This document shows, piece after piece, positions 1-12,266 of a stretch of DNA of 64,000 bases; the stretch's first letter is position 1, and each line of letters begins with the position of its first letter. The stretch lies in contig JAUCBJ010000054.1 in assembly GCA_032718475.1 (NCBI GenBank), forward strand, positions 1 to 64,000, given 5' to 3'. This DNA is from Nemertoderma westbladi (lineage: Eukaryota; Animalia; Xenacoelomorpha). A program made the translations under genes and the position numbers. The notes under the pieces were generated by a model, which worked only from the letters and a program-made list of their open reading frames with translations, was not told the DNA's origin and ran no database searches.

Positions 1-799
1 AAGCGCGAACAGTAGAGATGATTACTGTGCTAACGGTACTGTAGATTAACCAGATGTTGTATTTAATGTGTCAGAGTGTCCAAAGAAAGGGCCCTTAAGT
101 TCAAATACCAAATTGGGATATTTATGATAATTTTTGACCATGTTAAGACGAAATTTATTTAGAAGATCCGTGATATATGCGAATTTACAAAGCGGCGTAA
201 ATCGATGTTTTAAAGTTCAGCAAATCTAAAATCGAAGCTGGTATGCATGTCAACATTTCAGTACAGGATTTAAATTTCAAATTGGTTTCATGAACTTTCA
301 TTCAAAGATCTCTATTTTGGCATGTTCTAGGTTTTTTTCGGAGGCAATTCAACTGAACTAATTATAATACTACCAGGGATCAGGGAAACGAAAGTACTAC
401 TTTTCACTGGGTCCAAATGGGTGGTGCCAGCACCAAAATTTAAACTTTTCGATTTCTTGGAATTTTATTAATTAGTATTAATTGCATTTTTATAGCTTTT
501 CTGTGGTAAAACACAAACAGACCAATGTAACTACTAATTTTCACTATCAACAACCAAGTGATTATAATCAACAGCAAAATATAAATCCACTAGAAACATG
601 TAAAATATATTAAACAAATAATCTTACAAAATAGACTGTTAATCCGCTCAGCACAGAATACAGCGATATAATAATACACAGCAAACCGTATCACCCCATC
701 CCAGCATACAAAGTGAATGTGCAAATTACACAGTGCGGGAAACTTGACGCAAATAACATCTCAGTGAATTAATATATCGCCTCAATGTTAAATTATGAA

Positions 800-930
800 C
801 TAAGGGAAATGAACAGGTTACAGAAACAGTGGCATGTTATTCTCACCAAAACAATAAACGAAAGTCAATAGAACAGGTTACAGTTTTAATTTGAGAGTAA
901 ACATATGTTATTTGGGTCGATTTTCAAAAG
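800..930 (+). repeat. Copy of a dispersed short repeat family (GAACAGGTTACA-containing); related copies at ~32245-32412 (-) and ~36042-36225 (+)
   Basis: Shared string ...agggaaa(t/a)ga(a/g)caggttaca...gtggca(t/c)gttatt...caaaacaataaa...caatagaacaggttacagtttt.atttgagagtaa at three loci. Confidence 0.6.
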
Positions 931-975
931 GAGAGGGATGAAGTTGACTGCATCGATAATATATTACTGATTTAA

Positions 976-1279
976 ATAATGTTTCGAAACTGCATTATTT
1001 TGCTAAATATTATAGGTTGATTTAAAACATATGTATGTTGAATTATTTTGCTTGATATTATTGCTTGTTTTAAATAAAACAGCAAGTATACTGAAGAGTG
1101 CACTACTGCATACAGTAAGTGTGAAGTGAAGCCTCAAGAGATCAGCTGGTTACCAGCTGATCTATTTAAAACAAGCTATAATTTAATTATTGGTTGAAAT
1201 AATTCAACAGACATGTTTTAAATCAACCTATACAATAGAGTAATATTAAACAAAATAATGCAGTTTTTAAACATTATTA
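976..1279. repeat. Imperfect inverted repeat (MITE-like hairpin)
   Basis: aataatgttt..aaactgcattattttg...ataggttgatttaaaacat..gttgaattatt is mirrored by aataattcaac..atgttttaaatcaacctat...caaaataatgcagttt..aaacattatt. Confidence 0.6.
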
Positions 1280-2172
1280 ATGTGATTCTAATATTAATAT
1301 CAAGCGAAATTATTAAGTTGAAAAACGTTATTGAAAACGACCAATAATATCAATCGAAATATTTCAGCATGGCAAAAATAATTTAAAACGATCAATAATA
1401 TCACTCGTATTAAATAATTGAATATTGATACTGTATAAAATGTATGTCATAGTGGCGGGGCTTTATTAATTATAGATCAAACATCACAAACATCAAGTAT
1501 TATTAATAAAACTAAAATTTTAATTACCTTTGTAATATTCAGTATTAGAGTAAGTGAATTCATAACTACATAATTATAGCTTCATTAATACGTAATATAA
1601 AGTTGGAATATCGCTATTTTTTGTTGCGAACGACGTAAAGGAAGTGTGTAGATTTATTTGTTGTCCATTAACGTATTTTTCTAGATAAGTTACATTATCA
1701 TTAGGATGTTATGAAATTCTTATTGTTTGTTCTACAATTCGACTCTCAAATTTAACAATAAGGTTCGTTTGTGGCTTGTCATTAATCTACGTCTACTGTA
1801 AGTTATTAATTTATTGTTATAAATTTGACAACAAAACTACTACCACGGTATGTGTTACATTGGTTACATCGTTACAAAAGGTTACTAATTCAATATAGTA
1901 CTTTACTAAGTCATTAAATGTGTTACTAATTTCTTACAACGGATTACTAAATTTGTTACCATGGAAAACTAATTCGGTAAACAGTGGCCTACTATTTCTT
2001 GTTACCATGGGTCACAAATTATTACAAATTAGTTACTATGATATACTAATTCGGTATACAGTGCCTACTACTAATTGGTTTCTAGTGGTACTAATTTGTT
2101 ACCTTACTTAATTTCTTACTCTACAACAGACAAACTGTAAATGAGGTATCTGGTCGGAAAAGTTGTGCTAAT

Positions 2173-3515
2173 GTGTGCCTAAAAGCTAATAGTCCTGAAG
2201 AACGTGTTGGAAAATTGAAAGATCACTTCAGCAACTTGCTTGGGCAGCCACCAAACATCGAAGTCAGCCCTACAAGGAAAATATATGACAAGACACTACC
2301 TATAGAAACAGGGGACTTCACACCTGCCGAACTCCAAAGAAGCATTAAAAGCATGTCCAATAATAAAGCGAGTGGATTAGATGAAATCCCTGCAGAGGTA
2401 TTTGTGCTAATCAGACCATTACTGGATGTTTGCAACCGGGTGCTGAACGGGGAAGAGCCACCACCAATTTGGACTAAAAGTCAACTAAAGCCTCTCCCCA
2501 AGAAAGGAGACCTCGGCATACCAACAAACTATCGTGGGATCTGTCTGCTTGTGGTAGCTGCCAAAATATGCAATAAAATGATTCTATATAGAATTATACC
2601 TCACATAGAGAAACTACTGCGTAAGAGCCAAAACGGATTTCGACCAAGTAGATCAACAATAGCTCGGATACTTGCAACGGAGACTAATTGAGGGAATAAA
2701 GTCAAAGAATCTCCCCGCAGTCCTGACATTTGTGGACTTCTATCAAGACCGAATTCATGACTTTTAATGTTGATGGAAACTCGACAATAATTGATAATAA
2801 TCAACTAAGAAAGGTTGACGACTTCCAGTACCTCGGGTCATGGATAGAGAGTAGCAAAAAAGACATAGAGCATAGAGGTTAGGAAAGCAAAGGCATGTGT
2901 AGCTCTATCAAAAATGGATACCATCTGAAAATCAGACCTCTCCGGGCCCCTGAAGACTAAGTTCTTTTGAACCGCAGTGGAAGTGTACTTTTATATGGGG
3001 GTGAGACCTGGATACTGACGAAATCACTTGAATAACGAACTGATGGTTGCTACTCAAGACTACTAAGGGTAGCCCTAATCATCAGCTGGAGACAACACAT
3101 GACAAACGCCGAGCTTTATACTACTACTACTATAATCAGCCTGCTGCATTGCAACTGCACACTGAGTTGTTATGTCAGCTTAACAAAAACATTTTGTCAC
3201 CACCATGCAGGCTTTATGCTATAATACCACCTGTATCAATCACCCTCAGGAAATGGAGATTAAGATTCAGTGGGAACTGTTGGAGAAGTAAACATTAGGT
3301 CATTCCAGATCTACTTTTCTGGCAACCAACAGAAGGAAAACTTATCCATGGACTAGACAACTGTCTAAAACATATATAGACCAAGTTGAAAGCTGGACTG
3401 GAAAGCCAAACTGGACTTGAGAGAAAATAAATTGTGATAATTATGGAGAATCAAGAAGCTGGGAAGGATCTCATTTCCACTGTTCGAGTTTACTTCACCT
3501 AGTAGTAGTAGTAGT
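2173..3515 (+). mobile_element. Degraded, internally deleted RTE-like non-LTR retrotransposon (ORF2 remnant) with (TAG)n tail
   Basis: ORF 2173-2691 has KASGLDEIPAE, PLPKKGDL, NYRGICLL and QNGFR. Downstream broken frames read KVDDFQYLGSWI, LYGGETW, TNAELY and RLRFSGNCWR. The YADD core is missing. tagtagtagtagtagt lies at ~3500-3515. Confidence 0.85.
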
Positions 3516-4450
3516 ACACTATAATAATGTATTTGGCAAATATACATAAATAAAATGATCATATAACCTTAGTGATTAATCAATAGCCTTTTATAGTCAG
3601 CCCATAAGATATGTTAATCTTAGAAGTTCCAATATAAGTTGTCTCTGCATTGTCAAGGATGACAGTGCATAGCGTACATCACAGGGAGAAAGACAACACA
3701 ATCCAACACATAAGAAGGATACACAGCACCAGATCTCACTAACAACAGTGATAGCCAAGCTATGAACAGCGAAAGTTCTACAGCTGCGCAGAAAAGTCAA
3801 TTCTTCTGAGTTACTCAACTGGGATGATTTTCAGATCCTAGAGAGCTGGAGATCCTAAAGAGGAACATGGAACGCCAGATATAACAATAATAATAAAGGG
3901 CACAGTTTTTGGGGAGTGAACAAAGGATTGCCAATCCATTAGTGAATTTGTATATATATCCTGGATTGGGTCTCCTAAAGTTAGGAGTCAGCATGATACA
4001 GGAGGTCAAAATAAAGATTAATTCTTGGAAAACATCAGCAGGTGGCAATATAATGTATTCACCAACATGGAATGAATGATGTACTATAGATTGGGCTTGT
4101 AGGAGTTGGATGCTTGATATGGGTGGGATGAAATAGAGGAATCAATCACTGTATCACTTAATGTTATCTTTGTTATAATTAACTTATTAGTACCATTCAT
4201 AACACTATAAATAAATCTAAAATGTCCTGTGTATTTCTTGCTCAATGTCATTGAATCAACTTAATATATAATTTAAATAACTTAGATTATATCCTACCTG
4301 GTAATGGTAAATGGTAGTGATGACAATTTCTAGATATAATGACTTGTACAAATTTTAGTATATATATATCTCTGAACACAAAATACATATGTATATATAT
4401 CGATATAACAACTAAATAACTGGGTGATAATGATATTGTTAAGGAATTAA

Positions 4451-5743
4451 TTAAGCACTAATGTGATTTGTAGATGATGCAGTACCATACTTTGCTTTGG
4501 GTTTTGGTGAGCTAGGGTAGTCTAGAGGGCTAGAGAGCAACCCTTCAGATTCCTTGGGACTATCTGGAATGGGTTGGTAATCAGGTAGAGGGTTGCCACG
4601 ATAAAGAATAAAAGTCTGTACACACATTATAAAGTCATAGAAGAGTGCAATGATGGGCATAAAAAATTTAGCGGCATCACCAGTTATAGATGCCCAATCA
4701 TTTGCATTGTATGCGAGGACAAGTGACTGAATGGTGAAACAGAAGCCGCCAATGATGTCTAGGAAGAGCAATCCAAGAGAGTAGCCAGTGGTGGACTTAG
4801 TGCGATAGTTTGTGATCACCTGCGGAGCATACTTCGTGAGATTGACTGCGACTTTAATATATGATATAAGAGTAATAGCGAACAGCCAAGTAACAGCAGT
4901 TGTGGTGGCAGCAAGGAGACAGCTGATGAGGGTATAGACAAGGAAGCCAGCTAGCAGAGTCATAGCAAACACAGAGAGCCGCTGACCTCTACTGTCATAT
5001 CGCCAGCATTGGTAGACGAGGACAGCCATAATCCAGATGGAGTGGATTGAGAAAACAACATCATTTATCTGAACAGGGTTGACTCCATTCGGATCCTCAT
5101 CAGAGTAGAGCTGTTGTATTAAGGGCCACCACCACATAGAGAGGTTGTAGAGTGCATAAGCGAGGTATCCTGCAACATCTAAGGCTACTCCATCCCAATT
5201 GAAACCAAAGGTAGACTGACGGCGATAGTTCTGAAAGGCTTGGGGGTAGAACTCGATGCCCCAGGTAATGAAGGCACCCCATCCTGCTACATCCCCAATT
5301 GTATGAAGCCACATAGCACGCACCACTGTAACGTGAATGCGACTGTCATTCAAACTAATTGCATTAAATTCCTCGCTACTAGAACTTAAATTGAGCACCG
5401 TTTTACCTGGGGTGTGTGTCCAAACAGTAATGGAATGGGAAGTCACATCATCAGCCTCTATTGTCAATGTTGGTGTTACCGTTGCAACCGCTGATTCTGA
5501 GGATGCAAATAGAAGCTCTGCGTCATCCTCCAGAGGAGTCATTGTTCTTATGGATATGTTATTGTGAGTCGCGACTGCGACATACATAACTGAGTCACCG
5601 CTCGGAATTACTTCCAAATCTACAGTTCTATTAGTCCATATAGTATCCCAAATGAAGGGTTGGGTGGAGGTGGCCAATATTGCAGATCCGGATGCCCAAT
5701 AAGGAAGACAGTGTATTATTGATATAATTAATAAAATCTTCAT
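4451..5743 (-). CDS. CTNS: Cystinosin-family lysosomal PQ-loop transporter, copy 1 (430 aa, intronless)
   Basis: Signal peptide, N-glycosylated luminal domain, 7 TM segments. PQ motifs EFYPQ and KYAPQ; cystinosin signatures PNGVNPVQINDVVFSIH, ISYIK, LDIIGG, GDAAKF; C-terminal YQPI sorting motif. Confidence 0.92.
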   Translation of the reverse strand: MKILLIISIIHCLPYWASGSAILATSTQPFIWDTIWTNRTVDLEVIPSGDSVMYVAVATHNNISIRTMTPLEDDAELLFASSESAVATVTPTLTIEADDVTSHSITVWTHTPGKTVLNLSSSSEEFNAISLNDSRIHVTVVRAMWLHTIGDVAGWGAFITWGIEFYPQAFQNYRRQSTFGFNWDGVALDVAGYLAYALYNLSMWWWPLIQQLYSDEDPNGVNPVQINDVVFSIHSIWIMAVLVYQCWRYDSRGQRLSVFAMTLLAGFLVYTLISCLLAATTTAVTWLFAITLISYIKVAVNLTKYAPQVITNYRTKSTTGYSLGLLFLDIIGGFCFTIQSLVLAYNANDWASITGDAAKFFMPIIALFYDFIMCVQTFILYRGNPLPDYQPIPDSPKESEGLLSSPLDYPSSPKPKAKYGTASSTNHISA

Positions 5744-6579
5744 TTTTAAGGTGTGGTCAATATCGTTACTGCTGGTAAACTAGCTATGTTGAAGCAGCAT
5801 TGGATCACATAATTAGCAAAACAACAGAAATCAATAATAATTAAAAACAATTAATTAAGTTATGGTAAATTAACACAATGTTCACTATATTAAAGTCCTA
5901 TGTAACAGCTACAAAGTAATAAAGAGAAAAAATTACAATCTTTTAAATTAACTACTGTAAAGTACTAAACCCACATCAAGAATCACGATGGCTTACACTT
6001 CACCATTTGTATCCAATTTAAATATGTATGTTTGTTTTAATATTTATTGAGGGTTGACGGGTAACTATTGATTTCCCACCAGTGACTTTTAGATCTCTTA
6101 ATTCTGCACTTATCATATTATTTCCACCACAACAAAATATTCTTAAATATAATCGTATATGAAACAATAATCATAAAACTGATAAAAAATAAATCATACC
6201 AAAGCATATATATATTAACAATGAGCTCTAGAAAATATTAACTTATTGTGAGGTGGAAAAATATATTTACTTAATGTTACTGCGAGAAGCAAAAATATAA
6301 ACATTTACTAGGAAATATATACTAGTAGTAATAATAGTTCTGGGAATGCATCCAAGAGCAAGTCCAGTATTAAATAAATTTAATATATTATTAGGATTTA
6401 ATATTAATCAAAACTGGAAAAGCAATCAACCAAACCAATGGCTCCTCACGATTATCAGTTCATTGGAGCAGGCTGCTTCAAGTGTTGTTCTTTTTTTTAA
6501 CACCAAGAAGACCAAAATTTTTTGACACTAACTTCGACAGTCCTCAGGAATTGCATGATCATATAAGGATAAGCTCCAA

Positions 6580-7230
6580 TGAGTGTGATTGAGTATGTGG
6601 ATAACTTCTGCTGTTTGGGTCCATGGATCCATTCCGGAATTCAGATACAGACCTTTGGTTAAGTAGAAGACGAAGCCATAGGTAGCATTGAATAGTCTAT
6701 CAGGATTACGATTTCCAATAGAATACGATGAAAAATCAAGGTTTAATTATTTAGGGCAGCAGTAGAATCATTACTCCTATTTGGGAGTCCATGCTGGGGT
6801 CTAACTGCCGATAATGCCAAATATCTTGATGCCACTTATACAAGAATGCAAAGCCAGTTTCATTATGTCAAAGTATAATCAGACCTAATACATCTCCTAC
6901 CAGATCCTATACAGCTGTGAGCTGTGCCCCATTGGTCTCCTCAAGCATGACACTTGATCAGAGCCACTTCCACTTTGCAGGACATTACTTTCGCTGCGAG
7001 GAACAGCCAATACACGATTTTGTGCTTTTGCAGCCTCATAGATAGAATAAGCACTGTGGACATGAACCGCCACTATTACATTATCATATCATTTACTTTA
7101 TCGATTCACTTCTTAAAGGACACTGACTGTGACGATAAGGATAATCTCTTGGAAGTCATGGGTGATACGGAGTTGCAGAGGCACAATTTTAAGATTATAT
7201 ACATAATGCGGCTGCAATGAAGCATTCAAT
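6580..7230 (+). mobile_element. Highly degraded RTE-like LINE 3' remnant
   Basis: Broken frames read IEYVDNFCCLG, LFRAAVESLLLFGSPCW, DATYTRM and FHFAGHYFR. The 3' part (gaagtcatgggtgatacggagttg) resembles the element at ~22630. Confidence 0.65.
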
Positions 7231-7640
7231 TATAGTAGCATAATAATACAATAGTTATAATCACGAAGGGAGACAGTTAGAGAACAAGTAATGAATCCTA
7301 GCAGGAGACTGAAGGTTGTTGCCATATTAAATTGTATAAAATTTAATTATTATCAAAAGCCACTGGGTTATGAGCTAGTGGCACCCCTGATAACAAATAA
7401 TACAGTTTCAAATGCATTGGTAATTAATCATCCTGCAGCAGGGCCCAACTCTACTGCTTTATATAATAGACTTCACAAATCACAGGCTTATAAAAAGTGC
7501 AAGCATATGAACAATTTGTTTTGAGGGATATAATCATAATCGTACACAGCGATAGTAGTTTTCCAAATAATGGTTGATAAATGCTGTTCATAAGTGTATA
7601 TAATAATGTTATTATAATAATATATATACCGGTATTGTAC

Positions 7641-8948
7641 TTAAGCAGTAACTGAATTAGTTGATGAAATGGAACCATAATTGTTTAAAATTTGTTTTAC
7701 TTTAGGCGCTGGAGAATTTGAGTAATCCAGAGGACTTCTGAGTGACTCTACAGAAACTGTGAGACTATCTGGAATGGGTTGGTAATCAGGCAGAGGGTTG
7801 CCACGATAAAGTATAAAGGTCTGTACACACATTATAAAGTCGTAGATGAGTGCAATGATGGGCATTAAAAACTTAGCAGCATCACCAGTTATAGATGCCC
7901 AATCACTTGCATTGTATGCGAGGACAAGTGACTGAATGGTGAAACAGAAGCCGCCAATGATATCTAGGAAGAGCAATCCCAGAGAGTAGCCAGTGGTGGA
8001 CTTGCTGCGATAATTGGTGATAACCTGGGGAGCGAATTTGGTGAGGTTGACTGCGACTTTAATATATGATATAAGAGTAATAGCGAACAGCCAAGTGACA
8101 GCGGTTGTGGTGGCAGCGAGGAGACAGCTGATGATGGTATAGACAAGGAAGCCAGCTAGCAGAGTCATAGCAAACACAGAGAGCCGCTGACCTCTACTGT
8201 CATATCGCCAGCATTGGTAGACAAGGACAGCCATAATCCAGATGGAGTGAATTGAGAAAACAACATCATTTATCTGAACAGGGTTGACTCCATTCGGATC
8301 CTCATCAGAGTAGAGCTGTTGCATTAAGGGCCACCACCACATAGATAGGTTGTAGAGTGCATAAGCGAGGTAGCCTGCAACATCTAAGGCTACTCCATCC
8401 CAATTAAAACCAAAGGTAGACTGACGACGATAGTTCTGAAAGGCTTGGGGGTAAAACTCGATGCCCCAGGTAATGAAGGCACCCCATCCTGCTACATCCC
8501 CAATTGTATGAAGCCACATAGCACGCACCACTGTAACATGAATGCGACTGTCATTCAAACTAATTGCATTAAATTCCTCGCTACTAGAACTTAAATTGAG
8601 CACCGTTTTACCTGGGGTGTGTGTCCAAACAGTAATGAAATGGGAAGTCACATCATCAGCCTCTATTGTCAATGTTGGTGTTACCGTTGCAACTGCTGAT
8701 TTTGAGGATGCAAATAGAAGCTCTGCGACATCCTCCAGAGGAGTCGTTGTTCTTATGGATATGTTGTTGTGAGTCGCGACTGCGACATACATAACTGAGT
8801 CACCACTCGGAATTACTTCCAAGTCTACAGTTCTATTAGTCCATATAGTATCCCAAATGAAGGGTTGGGTGGCGGTGGCAAAAATTGCAGACCCGGATGC
8901 CAAATAAGGAAGACAGTGTATTATTGATAGAATTAATAAAATCTTCAT
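7641..8948 (-). CDS. CTNS: Cystinosin-family transporter, copy 2 (435 aa from the ATG at 8948; near-identical to copy 1)
   Basis: Same motifs as copy 1 and colinear from the ATG to just past PDYQPIPDS; the extreme C-terminal tail diverges. Confidence 0.92.
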   Translation of the reverse strand: MKILLILSIIHCLPYLASGSAIFATATQPFIWDTIWTNRTVDLEVIPSGDSVMYVAVATHNNISIRTTTPLEDVAELLFASSKSAVATVTPTLTIEADDVTSHFITVWTHTPGKTVLNLSSSSEEFNAISLNDSRIHVTVVRAMWLHTIGDVAGWGAFITWGIEFYPQAFQNYRRQSTFGFNWDGVALDVAGYLAYALYNLSMWWWPLMQQLYSDEDPNGVNPVQINDVVFSIHSIWIMAVLVYQCWRYDSRGQRLSVFAMTLLAGFLVYTIISCLLAATTTAVTWLFAITLISYIKVAVNLTKFAPQVITNYRSKSTTGYSLGLLFLDIIGGFCFTIQSLVLAYNASDWASITGDAAKFLMPIIALIYDFIMCVQTFILYRGNPLPDYQPIPDSLTVSVESLRSPLDYSNSPAPKVKQILNNYGSISSTNSVTA

Positions 8949-11032
8949 ATTGAATCCAATATAACACAAAGGCAGAAAATTGTTGGGTTCAACAACAGTG
9001 AGTTAGTCTAAGCATTTAGTAAGCAGTTAGTCTGAGCTCTATTTATATAATGCTTCTTCTTAGAATAATAATCAAATAGTATTCAGAAGCAGCAGAGATA
9101 TATCTATACAAAATAGAGTTAGGGTTAAACTACAGTTATATTTCGGGGCTTAAGCAAAGTTACTCTTGTAACCTGTGAGGTGAATGTGAGCAATCTGTGA
9201 ATGGAACTCTTATCAATAGGTGGAATATTAGCTGATGAGTACATCAATACAAGTATTTAAATTTTGCTACCGAGAGACTGGCTGATTTTGGGGCACCAAA
9301 CTGCATGAAAAATACAAGTAGCATATTTTTCAAATTCTAGCTGATGAGTACATCATTGCCAGTCAGCTAGTATCGTACAGCGTACAGTAGTGCTAGCCTA
9401 GGCACCAGGAGCAATACTATAGACCGGGTAGACTGGTAGAGCACTTCAATAGAGGAGTAAACGCCTGCCATATCTGTCAGTCTGAACACGTCTACTTATT
9501 GACAGGTAAATCCGTTAGTAAAAATGCAACTGATGCTACTGAAGTTACTGATATATGTAGAAAGGAACAAAACGATAAACGAGAGTTAGTTTTAAGGATA
9601 TCGCATGAGACACAATTCTGCAACTTACTGACTTAATTGATACAGTTGTTGAATTTGATAACTTAATTGGTACATGTAAAACTGTAAAACGTTTCAATAC
9701 AGCAATAAGATCAATAGTCTGATAGTGGCAGGGCAGATACCGGTACCGGTAGCGCGGTAGGGGGTGTCGGTTGTCAGGTTGTAGGTTTAGAATGTTACTG
9801 TAGGACACTGTAGGAGGGTAGGTCTGTCTGTCTGTAGGTGTAGGTATAGAGGTTGAGGTAGGTAGGTCGTAGGTGTAACGGCAGAACGGTACCGGTAACG
9901 TTTACTTCTGTAGGCCTACTTCCTTCTTAACTGCTTAAGAAAGCATTGCCGGATCTGTCTGTTGTACATTCTGACTATCGAATGGAGGAAAGAAATAGCC
10001 TAAGCTGACAGTAGGCCTACTTACATAATTACTTCTGTACTTCAGTCTTCAGTATCGGTCAGCTGTACTTCTGTACTTATCTGTGTTACAAAATTTAGAT
10101 AAAAACAAACAAACCCAGCTGACTTTATGTTACTAAGCAACACACACAAAAAAGGTGGGAAATTTAAAAAGGCGGAATACGTGCCGTCAAAACCAGGAGA
10201 TTAAAAATACAGCACGTTCCTCTTTGTGTCAATGTTTCCCCAATTCTTGCCGATTAGTGGAATAAGATATACATGATATTATTGTTGCTTATCGCCCGCC
10301 ATCTTGAAGCAGTCAACACAGAAACAGAGAAAACCCCTAGTCGATCTTCATGTTTTTAACATGATAATTTTTAACAGGATAATTGGATATCGTCTTTTTC
10401 GTCTTTCAGAACCGCTAACTTTTCTACGAGCATACCTTTTCTACCATTATAAGCCAATGACAGTTCGCCGTAACTTTTGCCCCCTTTTGAATCAGAACCC
10501 CAAAGTCAAAAATTGTGTTGCAAAACACAGTAAATTAGTCCACCTGGCAAAACCCTGGCAGCCCGGAAATAAGATTTAATCCTGGGAAAACATATTACAG
10601 TAAACCACTTTAGGCCTATAATATTTGGCTAGACTTTAAATACGGCAATATTAATTAATACTGTAGTTAAAGGGATGCGGGGGAATAGTGGCATTACCCT
10701 CCTACCTCCCCCTTTTAGGCGTGGAGGTGTTTATTTACACGAGCAACTTCATCGCCAACCGTTCAAATATACATTAATATTGAGTGTCTTGGGCGAAATT
10801 TATTTAATAGGAATTAACAATAAGGTAGCACAATTATTATATACTGAATTAAAAATAAGAAAATCAAACACACAGGTACAGTACCGGTATGTAAATAAAT
10901 AAAATAAACAATCATCAGTTTGTGTGCATAATTAAAAATAAGATCATGTAAAACATACAGATCCCCCCACCCCCATCCATCCACATCCATCCACATCCAA
11001 AAAATATGATCCCTAAATTCAAAAGTGAGGGA

Positions 11033-11562
11033 TGTGGGGCGAGCCACGTAAGTCCAGGTGAGCCTTTAGCATAGGGGTATAATTAGTGGACCCGTCTGTC
11101 GTCGTCGTCGTTGGATATATTTGAACACTAATAAATCGGTACAAATTTTATGAAATTGAACCAAACTTGGAACACACATGTAGTCTATAAAAGATTTAGA
11201 AATTCTACACACCGACAGACTTACAGGGTTGATCTTTAGACTGCTATGTGGCCAATGACTAGGTCCACTATTGTACCTCTATTGTACGCAAACGCTCGTC
11301 TGGACTCACGTGTGGCGAAGGCTTTGGGTACTTGTATAAAAATTCGCGGAATCATATTTTAAAATAAACTTAAAACATGCCACCTCCAATACCATATAGT
11401 GTCTAGTTGGAGATATGTGAATTGTAGGCCTATACTTGACACAATGAACCAGACGCAGCATTCTTTTGCATGTGCCATCCCTAGATTTGATGTAATCAGC
11501 AGTTAGGGCTCAGGTGGTGTCCTGCAATGTCCTGCGAAGCGGAGGCGGCTTAGTTCTAGTGT
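11033..11562 (+). mobile_element. DINE-1/Helentron-like non-autonomous element, divergent copy
   Basis: Starts TGTGGGGCGAGCCACG, followed by a GTC microsatellite and the gaaattgaaccaaacttgg core. Putative end is a GC-rich segment plus CTAGT at ~11556. The 3' boundary is uncertain. Confidence 0.55.
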
Positions 11563-11689
11563 CAAGCCATAACTTTTATGGGGGACTACATGGTGATACA
11601 GGTTACATGGTAATACAGGCCCTATGCTGTGGGATTGTATAGTATACTTATCGTATAGCAATTAATGTTAATCGTGATTAAAGTGCGAA

Positions 11690-11880
11690 AATAAATACAA
11701 ATGGTGATTCAGTTTGGGAACTTATTACTTCTGTAATAAACAAAGTTAAAACTACTTTATATATTTCATAATTATTAAAAAAAATACAAATGGTGAATCA
11801 GTTTGGGAAGTTATAACTTTTTGTAATAAATGTTAAAACTACTTTATATATTTCATAATTATTAAAAAAAAATATAAATG
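11690..11880. repeat. Two-copy ~90-bp tandem duplication
   Basis: aaatacaaatggtga(t/a)tcagtttgggaa...gttaaaactactttatatatttcataattattaaaaaaaa occurs twice. Confidence 0.75.
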
Positions 11881-12266
11881 TATAGCAAATAATTCTATAA
11901 ATTTATTAGTAGAAAACTAAAATGTATGTAAACCTTCAATGCAATAATGGAGATTGTTTAATTAATACTTGGCCATATTTGTTTATTGTATTACGTCATC
12001 AGATACGGCGGCGAAGGAATGTGAAGGTTGATGGACATTTATTATTCAGATAAGCCCAGATTGATATTCTTTCAGCTGATGTGGTTATCATTGATTGATC
12101 TGGAATGCTCCTAATTAGTGGATTGTATCTGCCTTATCATAATATATTTGTACTTCACTAAGTCCAATAACCATTCGTCAGAAAGTATTTTTTAAATATA
12201 CTCTTTTTTATTAATTTATTTTTAGTATTGATTATCAGTGATTTTTAAATTTTTTTAAATATAAAT

